Shown here one piece after another: positions 1-11,926 of a stretch of 64,000 bases of DNA. The translations under genes and the position numbers were made by a program. Each line of letters starts with the position of its first letter. Within the stretch, counting starts at the first letter, position 1. The stretch comes from Diplonema japonicum (lineage: Eukaryota; Protista; Euglenozoa: Diplonemea). The stretch is from positions 558,001 through 622,000 of the forward strand of contig OZ025670.1 in assembly GCA_964019335.1 (NCBI GenBank), given 5' to 3'. The notes below the pieces were generated by a model. It had not been told where the DNA came from, ran no database searches, and saw nothing but the letters and a program-made list of their open reading frames with translations.

Positions 1-1
1 G

Positions 2-907
2 CTCAGCCAGTCGCAAGTGTCGCAGCAGAAGCCCAGACAGTCCGGTACAATGTCACGGCAGATATCACACGGCCCTTCGCATACACAGGAGTCACAGATG
101 CCCTCGCAAGCGCAATCCCAGCAGATGCCTTCGCAAGCGCAGTCTCAGCAGATGCCTTCTCAAGTTGTGGCACAGATGTCTCGCACGGTATCGCGGCCCG
201 TTTCTCAGGCAGCTCCCTCTCACAGCGTTACGCAACAAGTGTCTTTTACACAAGCGTCGCAATCATTGCAAACAATGCCGTCGCAGTCTCAACAGGCAAC
301 TGACCTCCCCAGAAGGGGCTCGAAGGTGTCCATGACCAGTGGGCATATGTCCCAGCATGTGTCAGCCGTGCAACCACAGTCGCTGACTACACGTGCTGCA
401 CATGTGGCGCTCCCCCCTAGTACTCACTTTGAGGTATGATGGACTACTCTCGTCACACCTAAAGGGAGCTTTTGCTCAGTCAAAGGAAAGTATTTCTGTA
501 CCTCAGATCGAGCTTGCCCCCCCCAGCCCGGTATGAAAGAATGTGCAAAAACCTTTACATGACATCTTCAGGTGGATGGCGAGCTTTCACGTGTGGAGTC
601 CAGGTTGCAGCCATTGGAGCTCGATGGGGGGGCCTTGCCCACTATCTCTGGCATCTCTTCTACTGCCTCGTGGGGAGACACGCCACCTGTCTCTCCCATG
701 CTCGGCGAAGAGAACTTAAGAGCTGCGCCCAAGACAATCTTGCAGAAGCAGTGCTCCGAGGCAAGCACGGCACAAGGTGTTGCACGCCAGCTCTCTGTGT
801 CGGAGCACCAGTCGCAATTTGCGCGAATCCAGCAGCAGCTGGACTCACAGCCGCCGTCGGTGGGGCAGTACAATCCCCAGTCCTCCCACGAGCAGAAGGA
901 AGCCTGA
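2..907 (+). CDS. Ser/Gln-rich low-complexity hypothetical protein, 5'-truncated by the window edge
   Basis: Open frame from the window start. Introns 434-464 (gtatg..aaag) and 531-571 (gtatg..tcag) join ORF 17..439, a short exon and ORF 572..907 in frame. QQMPSQAQS repeats. Confidence 0.8.
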
Positions 908-1077
908 CCTTAACACACTGTGTAAAATAGTTTTAAAACCATGTATTTTGTACCTTTCCCTTAGACTCTTGTATGTATCTCGCTACCCTCCCCCTTTTGC
1001 TCTCATTTATTTTGTACCTCCTACCGCTACGTTTAGTATGGTATATCTTCTTTCTTACCTGCTCCACGGCACACAGG

Positions 1078-1818
1078 ATGCCACGGCCATGGACGGCTGG
1101 TCGGGTACACAAGCCGGTATGGGAAGTGTTGGCAAGACCGCAGACGGCCGCAGTAGAAAAGGTACCTGAAGAGAAGATACAGCAGAATCTTGTAAGGTTG
1201 TACGAGAGACCGGTCGAGCTCAGGAAGAAAAAAAGGGATAAGGAGAAGGAAGCGGCGGCGGAGGCGGCGGCTAAAAGGAGCTCCTTGAAGGTGAGGAAAT
1301 CGGACGATTTGTCCAAGAAAGACAAGGTGCTTGTTCAGAGGTTTTACTATGACATGCTGGCAACGAGGCAAAAGAGGAAAGCGGCGCTGCAGGACAAGCA
1401 TGAGAAGGGAGTGAGTTGGACACGCAGGAGGTTTGCCGAGATGAAGATCACAGACGCTGAGATACAAGGCATCTCTCACAGGCTGTACACACTGTCTGTC
1501 GAGCAGAAGAGGAACAACATTGCAGCGATGGATCGAAAGTACTATCCTGCAGCGCTCCCCGTGACAAGAACACCGAAGCAAATCACCGAGTCTACCGCTA
1601 CCCTTTATAACGAGGCCGTCAAGAACCGAAGGGAAAAGCTTGCTGCCAACCACCAGAGATACATATTCACGCGACGCCCTTGCAAAAAGGTACTGTGGGG
1701 GGGGGGGGGGGGGCAGGGGGGAATCAAATAACAGATCGCCGTCGCTGATCCCGAGGTCCAGCAGTACCTTCGCTCCCTTGCTTCCCCGAAGCAAGGCACC
1801 ACACCCACACGTAAGTAA
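1078..1818 (+). CDS. hypothetical basic helical protein with repeated 'RLY' segments
   Basis: ATG follows an acacag acceptor-like site. Intron 1690-1734 (gtact..acag, containing a G-run) restores the frame to TAA at 1816-1818. Confidence 0.75.
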
Positions 1819-2219
1819 GGATTAATCCAACTGTAGGAAGGAAGAAAAAAGAAAACGATTTCCCATTCTCCTGATACGAAATTATATTTTTATCGGGTGA
1901 TTGAGGAGTTTTCATTTTTTTTTGTTTTTTTTTAAATTCTATATGGTCGAGACTAAAAAGCTGGGTGCAAATGAGTAAAAAAGAAAAAAGAAAGAAATAT
2001 TTTTTTTTATTTGGTAAGAATAACGCTCGTGCGCCACAACACGTTAGTTTTCCCTCCTCCCCTCTTCCCCTTTCGCACCCCCTTCGAAAGTTTCATCGAA
2101 TTTTCTTTGCTTGGTCAATGAAAAAAAGAAAAAGGAAAGAAAGACGAAAAAAAAAAAAACGGCACGGAAAAGGAAAAAAAAAAAAAAAGGAGAAGGGGAA
2201 AGAAAGAAAAGAAGAGCCG

Positions 2220-3647
2220 ATGGGGTTCGCAGAGTTTAGAAAACAGCAGAAGCAACAGCAAAAAGAGCAGGCCACAAAAGTGGCGGCAAAGGTTCTCTTA
2301 GTCTCCGAGGAGGGAGTGGAGGTGGAAGTGGATGTCTCTGCAAAGAACGACGAGGTAGGTGAGATGTTCGACCTGAACGAAGTCTGGTTCGAAGAAGAAG
2401 GGAAGAAGGGCGTGGTGCTCACCCTCGAGAGCGGGAAGCGCTACGTTGTAAGAGGGAAGGACACACAAGCGAACGTTAACAGCAGTAAGAAGGTGGGCTT
2501 TGGGTACAGCAAGGAGGTGATGAAACACACCGTAGGGGACGTGGCAAACCACCCAGAGAGGCCAGAGCGCATTTCAAAGACCATCGAAGTCGTTACAGAG
2601 AGCTGCATCCACCACCTCTTAACACCGCTGCAAGCACACAAGACAGCTAACCACACACTCGCAGCAGCTGTTCACCACAAAACGCTCCTGAACACTGTGC
2701 TACCACGGCATTGCTTCAAGCCCTACCCGTGGTCCCTTTACACTGTGCCGCCGCCGTCTTCCTTGCAATGTTATTCAAAAGAAGCCGCTATCTCATTCCC
2801 GTCGGACACGTACTTCAGTGAAGACAGCAGACATGCTGTCCTAGCCAGCCTGGGGATGACCGTTGAGGCGTGCGACATGATCTGCACTGGTGGGTTGGAC
2901 AGTGCGTTCTGCTTGACAAGGCCGCCCGGCCACCATTGTACCAAACGGCAGCCGCAAGGCTTTTGCCTAGTAAACAACATTGCCATCGCCACACGGTACG
3001 TTCAGCGACGGTACCCCAGTAAGCGTGTGGCAATCATCGACTACGATGTGCATCATGGTGACGGGACGCAGGAGATATTCGAGGCCGACGGCTCTGTGGT
3101 CTTCATATCGTTGCACAGGTACGACAAGGGAGACTTCTACCCGCATAGTGGCCCCCACACGGACATGGGTGTTGGGAGTGGTGTCGGTAAGATATTCAAC
3201 ATCGCCTTCGACACCACCCCAGGAACTGACACGGTGATAGGCGACGCTGCCTTTGAAGCTGTTGCTACCGGCTTCCTTGTACCTTTTCTGAAAGGGCTTA
3301 ATATTGATTTGGCCCTAGTGTCATCGGGGTTCGACGCTGCCCATGGTGACCCCCTCGGCCGCATGAATGTGAAGAACGGTTTTGCCCGCATTACGCACCA
3401 CATCCGCTCTGCTGTACCAAACATGCTCATGCTCCTTGAAGGAGGTTACAACACCTCAAACGTTGCGCAAGGCACCCTCTCTTGCCTCCGCTCCCTCCTC
3501 GATATCACCCCGCCACCTTTAAAATCCAACTCTGTCCAGGCATCCTGGGCTCTCTCTGCTGTGCGGACTACACTGACCCACCACATCTCCCAAGCTTCCC
3601 CATTGGCACCCATGCTGAGGGACATTTTGAAAAGCTTAGAAGGATAG
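2220..3647 (+). CDS. histone deacetylase, class II type
   Basis: Motifs HPERPER, RPPGHH, GFCLVNN, DYDVHHGDGTQ, SLHRYD, SSGFDA, LEGGY (catalytic Tyr present). The upstream part of the ORF-track call is poly(A) UTR. Confidence 0.93.
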   Translation: MGFAEFRKQQKQQQKEQATKVAAKVLLVSEEGVEVEVDVSAKNDEVGEMFDLNEVWFEEEGKKGVVLTLESGKRYVVRGKDTQANVNSSKKVGFGYSKEVMKHTVGDVANHPERPERISKTIEVVTESCIHHLLTPLQAHKTANHTLAAAVHHKTLLNTVLPRHCFKPYPWSLYTVPPPSSLQCYSKEAAISFPSDTYFSEDSRHAVLASLGMTVEACDMICTGGLDSAFCLTRPPGHHCTKRQPQGFCLVNNIAIATRYVQRRYPSKRVAIIDYDVHHGDGTQEIFEADGSVVFISLHRYDKGDFYPHSGPHTDMGVGSGVGKIFNIAFDTTPGTDTVIGDAAFEAVATGFLVPFLKGLNIDLALVSSGFDAAHGDPLGRMNVKNGFARITHHIRSAVPNMLMLLEGGYNTSNVAQGTLSCLRSLLDITPPPLKSNSVQASWALSAVRTTLTHHISQASPLAPMLRDILKSLEG

Positions 3648-3751
3648 ATAAGTGTCGAATGCTTCCTCCCCTTGCAGAATATCCTTATTTTCTAACAGAA
3701 ACCAAAATAAACAGGGAACGGGAGGATTAAGAAAAAAAGAAAGAAAAAAGA

Positions 3752-4275
3752 ATGGATTATAGCCCAAAGATACTGGACTTCCGTAATGGCGCAAGGGTGA
3801 CTTTCTCTCTGACAGCTGAAAAGCCCACCGTGTGGAAGGTGCTGGCAACGAACCCGGCGAAGTTCAAGATCAGGCCGTCCGTTGGGGTGCTGCTCGGGGG
3901 GAAGAGGGCAGAGGTTTCTGCGGTGATGCAAAACGAAGGGACCAAACTGAAGATCTCAGGAAGGACGATCACAGCATCGGAGCTTCAGGAGTACGAAGAG
4001 GCGGAGAACAAAGTGGAGGCTGCGAAGGGTCTGTGGAAAAAGGTATGCATCGCACCAGTTACACCAGATAATAGGCACCTTGCGACATTGTCGTGCGCCC
4101 CGAGGTCCTTCTTGACGTTGCATCCACCCCCACCTCGCCTATGGGGTTCACCCCCACTGCAGCCACCACACGCACGCCCTCCCCCGCTACCCTCGCGGCG
4201 TACATTCTCGGTCTCGTGATAGCATTCATCTGTGGTGTCTTGGCAACCCCGTACCTTCCAAAGGTCGAGGTTTAG
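3752..4275 (+). CDS. VAP/Scs2-like MSP-domain tail-anchored protein
   Basis: MSP-like WKVLATNPAKFKIRPSVGVL. Intron 4043-4074 joins to an exon encoding a C-terminal hydrophobic helix (LAAYILGLVIAFICGVLA). Confidence 0.75.
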
Positions 4276-4394
4276 CTTTTTTTTTTTGTATTTTGTGTTT
4301 CGGTGTTTAGTGCAGGCAGGATGGAGGCTCACCAGCTCATCTTGCTACAATTGTTATTTCATGTCTCCAGCATAGCTACACACAGCACAGGTCA

Positions 4395-6095
4395 ATGGCG
4401 CCCACTCCGCCCAGATCAGCACGGTCGTCCATCAGCAGCGCCGCCTCGCAGTCGCTATGGGCGAAGGTGAAAGAGCTCGATTTCATGCTGCGGACGACGG
4501 GGAACGAATCGAGCATTGAGGCTCTGGAGTCGATTGCTGACATAGCATCAGAGATGCGCGATACGGGTGAGCACTTGGTGAACATGTGCAGGAAGACAGA
4601 CGCGTTGATTGAGCACATGGAGCCTGAGACGTGGAAGGAGGCCATCTTCGACGACTGGGATGTCATCCGGCAATGCGGGTGCGACATGACACAAGAGGTC
4701 CTCATGGAGAACTTTTGTATCTTCGAAGAGCTTGGCCAGGACATCGATGTCCCGACACTCCCGCCTTCTCTGCAGACTGCGCCTTGTAACAAGGTTGTGG
4801 AGCACCTCAGAACTATCCGTGAAGCTCTCACTTCACCCGAACTTGGACAGCGCGAGACCTTGCACGTGGCGCCATCCCTCTGTAAGATGCTTCAGGAAAT
4901 GCACAGTTTCTCAGCATGTGACGACACTTGCCAACAGGAGGCACTGCTGGCCATCAAAGAGATCTGCTGTTCCCTCGACGGGAAGCAGTCATCGCTTAAG
5001 AAGAATTTGAGAGAGGCCACGCTGAAGGACGACACAGTGGGTGTCTTGAGCTCCGACATCACTCACAAAGACATGCACTGGTCTTGGGGTCACAGGTACA
5101 ATTTGAAGCTGGCGATGAAGCAGATGCAGGAAAGCGAACATCACAAGTCGTTGGACAGCTTGCAGCTGCAGTTGTGTGATGCCTCGCAGCGCCTTGTGAA
5201 GCTGGATGTGAAGAAGATAGCAAGCCTCGCCAACAAGGTGAAGGAGCTGAACAAGATGAAGGAGACACACCAAGAGCAAGTCAAAAAGATTGAGCTCCAT
5301 TGTTCTTGCGTTCTGTCCCACAAGGAGATGCTGGTGACACGGTGCAAGAAGGACATCGCAAGCATTGCTGCGACTATGCAGCAGAGAGAAACGCAGTACC
5401 AACAGCACTCCGCAGGCGAGATTCGGGAGAAGCAAAAAAAAACCATGCAAAAGGTGATGACCGACAACACGAAGGCGGTGACAGAGACAATCGACGTGCT
5501 GGTTAGCTTGCTGAACGACCGCTATTCACAAATGAAGCAGTTCTTGCACAAGCTCCATGTCGACGCGAGGAGGGACGGGGAACGGGAAGAGTTTATGAGG
5601 TACTCGAATCTGCATACAAAGCGGCTTCAAGAGTACGTTGAGAAGTGCAACAAGTGCATCGAGCTGTACAAGCAACAGAACGTGCACCACACACACCTCA
5701 TCAACTTCCACAGTGCAGAGGTGGGAGTTGCTGAGAAAATGCTTTTCACGAGCATGGTCGACACGCATGCTGACCACTTGCGGCATGTGTATAAATTGCA
5801 CAGTGCTCTGCGGTCTGCGCTAAAGGCGAAGAAGGTGAAGATGACAGCCGCTAGCCAGTTGATCCGATGCATGAAGAAGGAGGCACACTTCTGCACAGCC
5901 ACCAATGACGAGCGTGAGCTATCCGTCGAGGCTGACATGCATTTCCTCGAAGAGCTGCGCGCCAACTCGGGTAAAGTCATCGCTAAGATCACTGTGAGGC
6001 TGCACGATATCAAGTCGCAGACACAGTGGTCCCTCGACGCCCTGCAGAAGGCAGGTGTCACACCGCCTGCACAGTTCACGGACGATATGGGGTAA
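4395..6095 (+). CDS. divergent paraflagellar rod (PFR-domain) protein
   Basis: 566-aa coiled coil with collinear resemblance, from memory, to PFR1/2 segments: DVIRQCGCDMT, LVTRCKKDI, EFMRYSNLHTKRL, FCTATND, DALQKAGV. Confidence 0.7.
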   Translation: MAPTPPRSARSSISSAASQSLWAKVKELDFMLRTTGNESSIEALESIADIASEMRDTGEHLVNMCRKTDALIEHMEPETWKEAIFDDWDVIRQCGCDMTQEVLMENFCIFEELGQDIDVPTLPPSLQTAPCNKVVEHLRTIREALTSPELGQRETLHVAPSLCKMLQEMHSFSACDDTCQQEALLAIKEICCSLDGKQSSLKKNLREATLKDDTVGVLSSDITHKDMHWSWGHRYNLKLAMKQMQESEHHKSLDSLQLQLCDASQRLVKLDVKKIASLANKVKELNKMKETHQEQVKKIELHCSCVLSHKEMLVTRCKKDIASIAATMQQRETQYQQHSAGEIREKQKKTMQKVMTDNTKAVTETIDVLVSLLNDRYSQMKQFLHKLHVDARRDGEREEFMRYSNLHTKRLQEYVEKCNKCIELYKQQNVHHTHLINFHSAEVGVAEKMLFTSMVDTHADHLRHVYKLHSALRSALKAKKVKMTAASQLIRCMKKEAHFCTATNDERELSVEADMHFLEELRANSGKVIAKITVRLHDIKSQTQWSLDALQKAGVTPPAQFTDDMG

Positions 6096-6267
6096 GCGCT
6101 TAGTGGGTTTCCACCCTCCTCTTTTTTTTCCTTTTTCTTTTTCTTTCTTGTTCTTCTTGTGTTTACTTTTATTCTATTTTCTTTCGAACCCCAACTCCAT
6201 ATTCTTCCAGGTGTTTTTCTTCCTTTCTCTTTAAAAGAATCTACCAAACCCCAAGAAAAAAAAGAAA

Positions 6268-7083
6268 ATGCAGTGCGTTCCCATGCAAGGACAGCTCACG
6301 GACCTGGAGATGCTGCAGCTGCAGTACTGGCAGATGAACCAGCAGATGACGCAGATGAACCAGATGGGTCAAATGAACCAGATGTTTGTGCCGACTATGA
6401 TGCCGATTGTGAACCAGCCTGCTCAGGGGAGGCCTTTGGTGCCTGTGGTTCCTGTGCAGCAGCAACAGAAACAGCAGCAGCAGCAGAAAATGGAGGTTCG
6501 CAAGCAGAACGGGAAGGAGAGGAAGAAGAAGGCACACGCATCCATGACAACAGAGAGGCCTTGCAGCCACAACTCATGGGACAACGTAAGGGTGGTCAGG
6601 AAGAAGATGACATTGAGGTGCAGAGTGTGCCAGGAGCAGTGGAGGGCCCAGGTTGAGATCATCTGGAAACAGTGGAAATGTGAACACTTCGCGCAAGACG
6701 GCAAGTGCCCTAACGGTGACAACTGCCAGAAGCTCCACCTTCACTACAGGAAGCAGGGTCTTGAAGAGAGAATCTCTGCTCACGGCCCCACCGTCTTGAA
6801 ATACGTTAGAAACACTAAAGCATCAGATGCCAAGACTCATACGTCGGACAGTGCTAGCGGTAAGGAAGATCTTCTTGAAGATCTCTGCAACCTTTCCCTT
6901 GAAGATAAGGTTCTTGACCACCCTGCAGAGGCTTCAGGTTCTTCTTCGGGCTCATTCACTAGCGATCATGAGCAGGAAGATGAGCAGGCTCCCGTCATCG
7001 ATGTTCCCAAGGAGGAACCCTCCTTCAGCTCCAATGAGCTTGCGGCACTTCTTTCGAACCTGAACAGTTTGAGTGATTTGTAG
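6268..7083 (+). CDS. Gln-rich protein with a CxHNxWDNVR..LRCRxC zinc-binding module plus a CCCH finger
   Basis: RPCSHNSWDNVR-x6-LRCRVC followed by CEHF-x5-C-x5-C-x3-H; Q/M-rich N-terminus and acidic tail. Confidence 0.8.
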   Translation: MQCVPMQGQLTDLEMLQLQYWQMNQQMTQMNQMGQMNQMFVPTMMPIVNQPAQGRPLVPVVPVQQQQKQQQQQKMEVRKQNGKERKKKAHASMTTERPCSHNSWDNVRVVRKKMTLRCRVCQEQWRAQVEIIWKQWKCEHFAQDGKCPNGDNCQKLHLHYRKQGLEERISAHGPTVLKYVRNTKASDAKTHTSDSASGKEDLLEDLCNLSLEDKVLDHPAEASGSSSGSFTSDHEQEDEQAPVIDVPKEEPSFSSNELAALLSNLNSLSDL

Positions 7084-7760
7084 AAAGAAGCTGTGGTTGG
7101 GATGAGGGGAGGAAGGGATAAAAAAAAAAGAAGAGGGGGGAGGGAAAAAAAAAATATTATCATGAAACTAATGTTCCCCCCCCCCCCCCCCCCCCCCCGC
7201 TCTTCTTTTTAGATACCATTCTTCCCATTTTTTTGTCCTCCTCTTTTTTTTTTTTTTTTGCTGGAAACCATAAGAACCTACGTTGTTTAACCACTAAACC
7301 CACATGTAAGAGATTAAAAAAAAAGAGAAGAAAAAGGTCCATAGACCTTTTGGTCAAATTGTGACTTGCCATTCTTTTTTGGCGCCATTGCGCGATTTTT
7401 TTTTTCCACTTTGTTTGGCTAGATGCTGCCCCTTATTTTAAGAATTTGAGGGGTCTAAAATCCGGAGGGAAACAAGTGCGAATGAGGAATATGATTTTTT
7501 AAGGAGGGTCGCCTCAAAAAATGGACTTTTTTTCGGTTTTTAGCCTGTGGGCTCAGTGGTTTTAAAAAAAAAGTTTTTTTTTCTCCCTCTTGGAGAGGAA
7601 GGTAGTCATGGCAGATGAGGTATCAGCAGCGGAAGAAAAAGAAAAGAGCAATGAAAGGCTGTGAACCTTGCTGTGAAAGGAACCCTCTCTTATATATATA
7701 TATTTTTTTTTTTTAAGAAAAGAAAAGAACAATAAAAAGAGGGAAGTGTGAAGAGGGATG

Positions 7761-7796
<36 letters not shown>

Positions 7797-10119
7797 AACA
7801 GAGGGGAAAAAAAGAAGAGAAACAAAGAGGAGAAAGGCAAACAAGTTTTTTTGAATGGGGGGAGGGTGCGGGATCACACACCCTCTCCTTTTTTATTTTT
7901 ATTTAAATTTTATTTTTTTATATAAATAGATTTCTCTTGTTCTTCTCTGTTCCCCCCTCTTTTCTTCCCCCCCTTTTTTTTTCTTACCTCGTTCTTCCCT
8001 TGTTTTCCCCCTTTTTCATTATTGTCCGTGTTTACTCCCCACTCCCTTCTCTGTTACTTCTTTCCCCCCAATCTTAATTTTTTTTTTCATCTTGATGGGG
8101 GTGGTTTTGCATTGTTAGAAGCAGTAGGAAACAGGTGTAGAAGGAGTGAAAAGAAAAAAAAGGGAAAAGAACAGTTTGGGGAATTCCCCCCACACCTATC
8201 TTGTTTCGTTGCTTCACTTTTTTTTACAACCTTCTCTCTTGCATCCTATCCCCCTATTTTTTTTTCTTCTTTTTTTTTCTTGTTTATTTATTATCTTTCC
8301 TATTTAACCCCGTAAAATCTGACACGGAAAAAAAAAATTAAAAAAAAAACTTTTTTTTTAAAAAAACCTTTATTCTACCCCTCCCTCCACTTAAGCAACA
8401 ATCGATTAATATGGGAATGATTCAAAAAAAAAAGGGGGTATTGCCTTCTCACGCCATTACAAGGTGATTACATGGGTAATGATGCTCTTTTTGACCCTTT
8501 TCGCCTTTAGCCTTTGACAAGCTCCAGAGGGACTCAGAAATACGTGTCCCCCCTCACCTTTTGTTCCCCTGTTTTGACATCCCCCCCCCCCGTATAATTT
8601 TTTAATAAACAAAGGAAGAAAAAAGAAAAAGAATTAAGTCCCTCCCTTCCCCTTAATTTCTTTTATCCAATCCCCCCCTCCCCCTACCGTCTTTGTTCTC
8701 TCTTTCTTTTTGTTAATTTTAAATTTTAAAAAGAAAGAAAGAAAAAAAAAAAGGGAAAAAAAAAAAAAAAAGAGAAAAAGGCCAGGGGTAGTGTGCCCTG
8801 TTGCTTTCATGAAAAAAAAAAAAGAAAAAAAAAAGAAAAACCATCGGCCCCACCCCAACCCCCCTACCTGAGGTAAAGGGGGAGGAACCAACTGGTGAGT
8901 GCTATTGTTTTTTTTTTTTTTTTTTTTTTTTTCTTTTTTTTCTTTTTTTTTGTTGTTGTTTTCTTCCACGCATTTTGTGCTGCGGGAAAAAAATTTTTTG
9001 TCCCTTATATCTTTCTTCCTCTTGCTACCCTTTCTATGCAGCATTAAATGTTAGCCCTGTGACGATTGGTGCCTTCAAACTTTTCGCGGGTCTTTATTTA
9101 TATTTTATCTAATTTTCTTTAAATTTTTTTCCTTCAAAAAAAAAAGTGACCCTTCCCCCCCCTTTTTTTTTCTTCCTCCTCTACTTCCTATGAGGCAGGC
9201 GGTCTGACATATTTGCAATTGAATGATTAAAAGAAAGAACACTCCCCCCCTCCTCTCTCTCTCTCTCCTCTCCCATTTTATTTTACTTCGGTGACTTTCT
9301 CTTCCCCACAGTGAATTTTTTTTTTCTTCTTCTTTTTTGAACCTGGTGTCATGATGAAGGAGGGTTTTTTTTTTCTTTCTTTTTTTTTTCTCTCTTTTTT
9401 CTTGAGATTTACGGCATGCCTTGGTTGCATAGCTGGATTTCATTCTGGCTCCAAAGGCCTGTGAAGGTATCACACGTGGATCGAAGGGCAAAAAAAAAAA
9501 AAAAAAAAAAAAAAATTCATTTCTCTTCTTTTTCTCTTTCTAACTTTGTTGTCTTCCAAGTGATGCTAAGGTTGGCGCATCTCACGGGAATGCCTTCCTC
9601 TTTCCCCTCCCCTCCTTTTTTTTTTTTTCTCCAACTTCTCCGTTCTCAATAAACATGATGTGAACCTCTTAAAGATTTATTTACCCCCCAAAAGAACCTT
9701 ACTTTACTTTTTTTCGGGAAAAAAAAGAAAAAGGAGATCCTTTGTTAACTGCGTCCTAATATTTTTATTTTTATTTTATTTTTTTAAACAGGGGCACCAC
9801 CAACACTGGCCCTCCTTTATCTCTTTATATATTTTATTTCCTTCTTCTTCCGGGGAAAACGATTTTTAGAGAGTCACGGATTTTTTTTTTTGATTATGGA
9901 GAAGAAGGGAAATAAAAGGAGGATGGGGGTTGGAAAGGGGGGACAGGCTAGTCTTTAGACTTCTGCCCCCCTTTTTTATTCTTTGTAATAAGAGAGTGAT
10001 CCAGTAAATGGAAAAAAAAAAGAAAAAAAATGGAAGACAGGGGTAAGAAAGAGCAAGTAAAGGGTAGTGAAAGGGAGGGGGAAAAAAATGAGTAACATAA
10101 TAAGGGGTGAGGAGAAAGG

Positions 10120-10153
<34 letters not shown>

Positions 10154-10516
10154 GATTGAACGAAAGAAAGAAATCAACAGAAATGCACTCAAAGCTCTGT
10201 TCACACCTATGGGGGGGTTTTTTTTTTAAGAAGAAGAAGAATACAGGATAGGGGGAAATGTCCTCATTTTTTTTTTTCCCCCCCGACCCCTATATTCTTC
10301 TTTGAAATATCACACTTCAAACCACAAAAACAAATAATGACATGAAGTTCTTCCCTGAAAATAAGTTAGTAAAACTGGTATTTTTCTTTCATTTTTTTTT
10401 TTTTTTTTCATTTTCTCCATTCGCCAGAAAAAGATGGATTACAAAGAAGGGCAGTAAACGCTAAAAGTACAACGATGCTAACCAACCATCTTTTTTGGCC
10501 TTGCGGGAGGACGAAG

Positions 10517-10547
<31 letters not shown>

Positions 10548-10804
10548 AGTAAAATTTATCATTACTTCCCAGTTGGGATGGTCACCTGTATCACATTGTG
10601 TCTTCACTGAAGTTCTTTTTGCCGATTTTCTGGGGGCAGATCTTCCCAGTCAGACGGGCTCCCCAGTAAGTGAAGTTTGTGTCAAAAGGGTAGAAAAAAA
10701 AAGAAAAATAATAATATAAATCACGGCTTCTGAATGGCTGTCGGAAGTAAAAGGAAATGAGGGAACAAAAAAAAGGGGGGGGGGGTGATATTGGCCAAAA
10801 CCTG

Positions 10805-10850
<46 letters not shown>

Positions 10851-11359
10851 CTTTTTTTATTCCCCCCTTTTTTTTTTCTCCTTCCGTGAGGAGAAAAGAA
10901 GAGAGGGAAAAAAGAAATCTCACCACCGCAGAATAAATTATCTTAGGGAAGTGAGATCTTGATTTTTTTTTTATCTTTTCAGAAATTTCTTCACTCCGGA
11001 AGTCCCTATCGTCTTATGAGAAAAACACCGTTCATGGTAAGCAAATAACTTTTTTCCACCAAGTACTGTAAGCAGAATTTTTACCTCTATTCACAGCAAC
11101 TTGGAACTTATCTTATTGGGGCGCTAAAATAAAAAAAAACTGGGATCAGAATCCTGTATTTGAAACCAAAATCATCAATATGTGAATTTTCAAAAAAACC
11201 CAAAGTAAGCCAACCCCCATTGATCAATAAATATTTTATAATCGTCACTGCCATAATCTCACTGCTATTATGGCCATTTGATAGCCCATTATCTGATTTT
11301 GGTGGTTTTGCCCATCTGGAGGTGAGTCAATTTCTGAAAAATGAGATAAAATTACTTAC

Positions 11360-11462
11360 TTGCCGCCAGATTATGGCCATTCCTTTCACTCTCGAACCTT
11401 TTTTTTTGCCAAAAAAAAAACCCCGGTTCTCGAGTGAAATTATGGCCATAATCTGTTGGCAA
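11360..11462. repeat. long imperfect inverted repeat (foldback)
   Basis: Left arm ttgccgccagattatggccattcctttcactctcgaacc versus reverse complement of the right arm ttgccaacagattatggccataatttcactcgagaacc. The internal T-run and A-run can also pair. Confidence 0.85.
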
Positions 11463-11848
11463 TAAATAGCTATTTTTTTTTTTTTTTTTTTTTTTTTTTG
11501 GCCGACTGTTATCACAATGCAAACATTGTTTGAATACAGTAACAGGGAGTAAGAGAGAAAAGGAAACAAAAAAAAAAAAAAAAATGCTCCCTATCTTTCT
11601 TTGAGGTGTCCGCAGCCAGATTATCAGGGAAGGTGTGCTGTCAGGGACAGAAGAACGGATGGTTTCTCCTCCCCTTTTACGTTCATTTCTAGAAATGGAC
11701 ATGTTAAATACATCTAAATGGCATTTTTAAAAGAAAATACAGCCACTTCTCGTATCAGGTGGAGGCAGTCCTGATTGAAAGGGGCAAAGGTAACAGACAG
11801 TGCAATTTGATTTCATAAATTTCACATTTCGACCTACGAGATTTCGTC

Positions 11849-11919
11849 GCGTAAATGGTCTAGTGGTAGAATGGCTCCCTGCCACGGAGTCGGCCCGGGT
11901 TCGATTCCCGGTTTACGCA
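11849..11919 (+). tRNA. trnG-GCC: tRNA-Gly (GCC)
   Basis: Acceptor stem GCGTAAA/TTTACGC plus discriminator A, D-arm GTCTAGTGGTAGAAT, anticodon arm GCTCC-CTGCCAC-GGAGT, T-arm CCGGG-TTCGATT-CCCGG. Confidence 0.97.
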
Positions 11920-11926
11920 TTTTTTT
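11920..11926 (+). terminator. RNA polymerase III oligo(T) terminator of tRNA-Gly
   Basis: T7 immediately after the discriminator base. Confidence 0.8.

Noticed and set aside
11580-11848. U snRNA or 7SL divergently linked to the tRNA, as in trypanosomatids
   Set aside because: No U2, U6 or SRP motifs on either strand.
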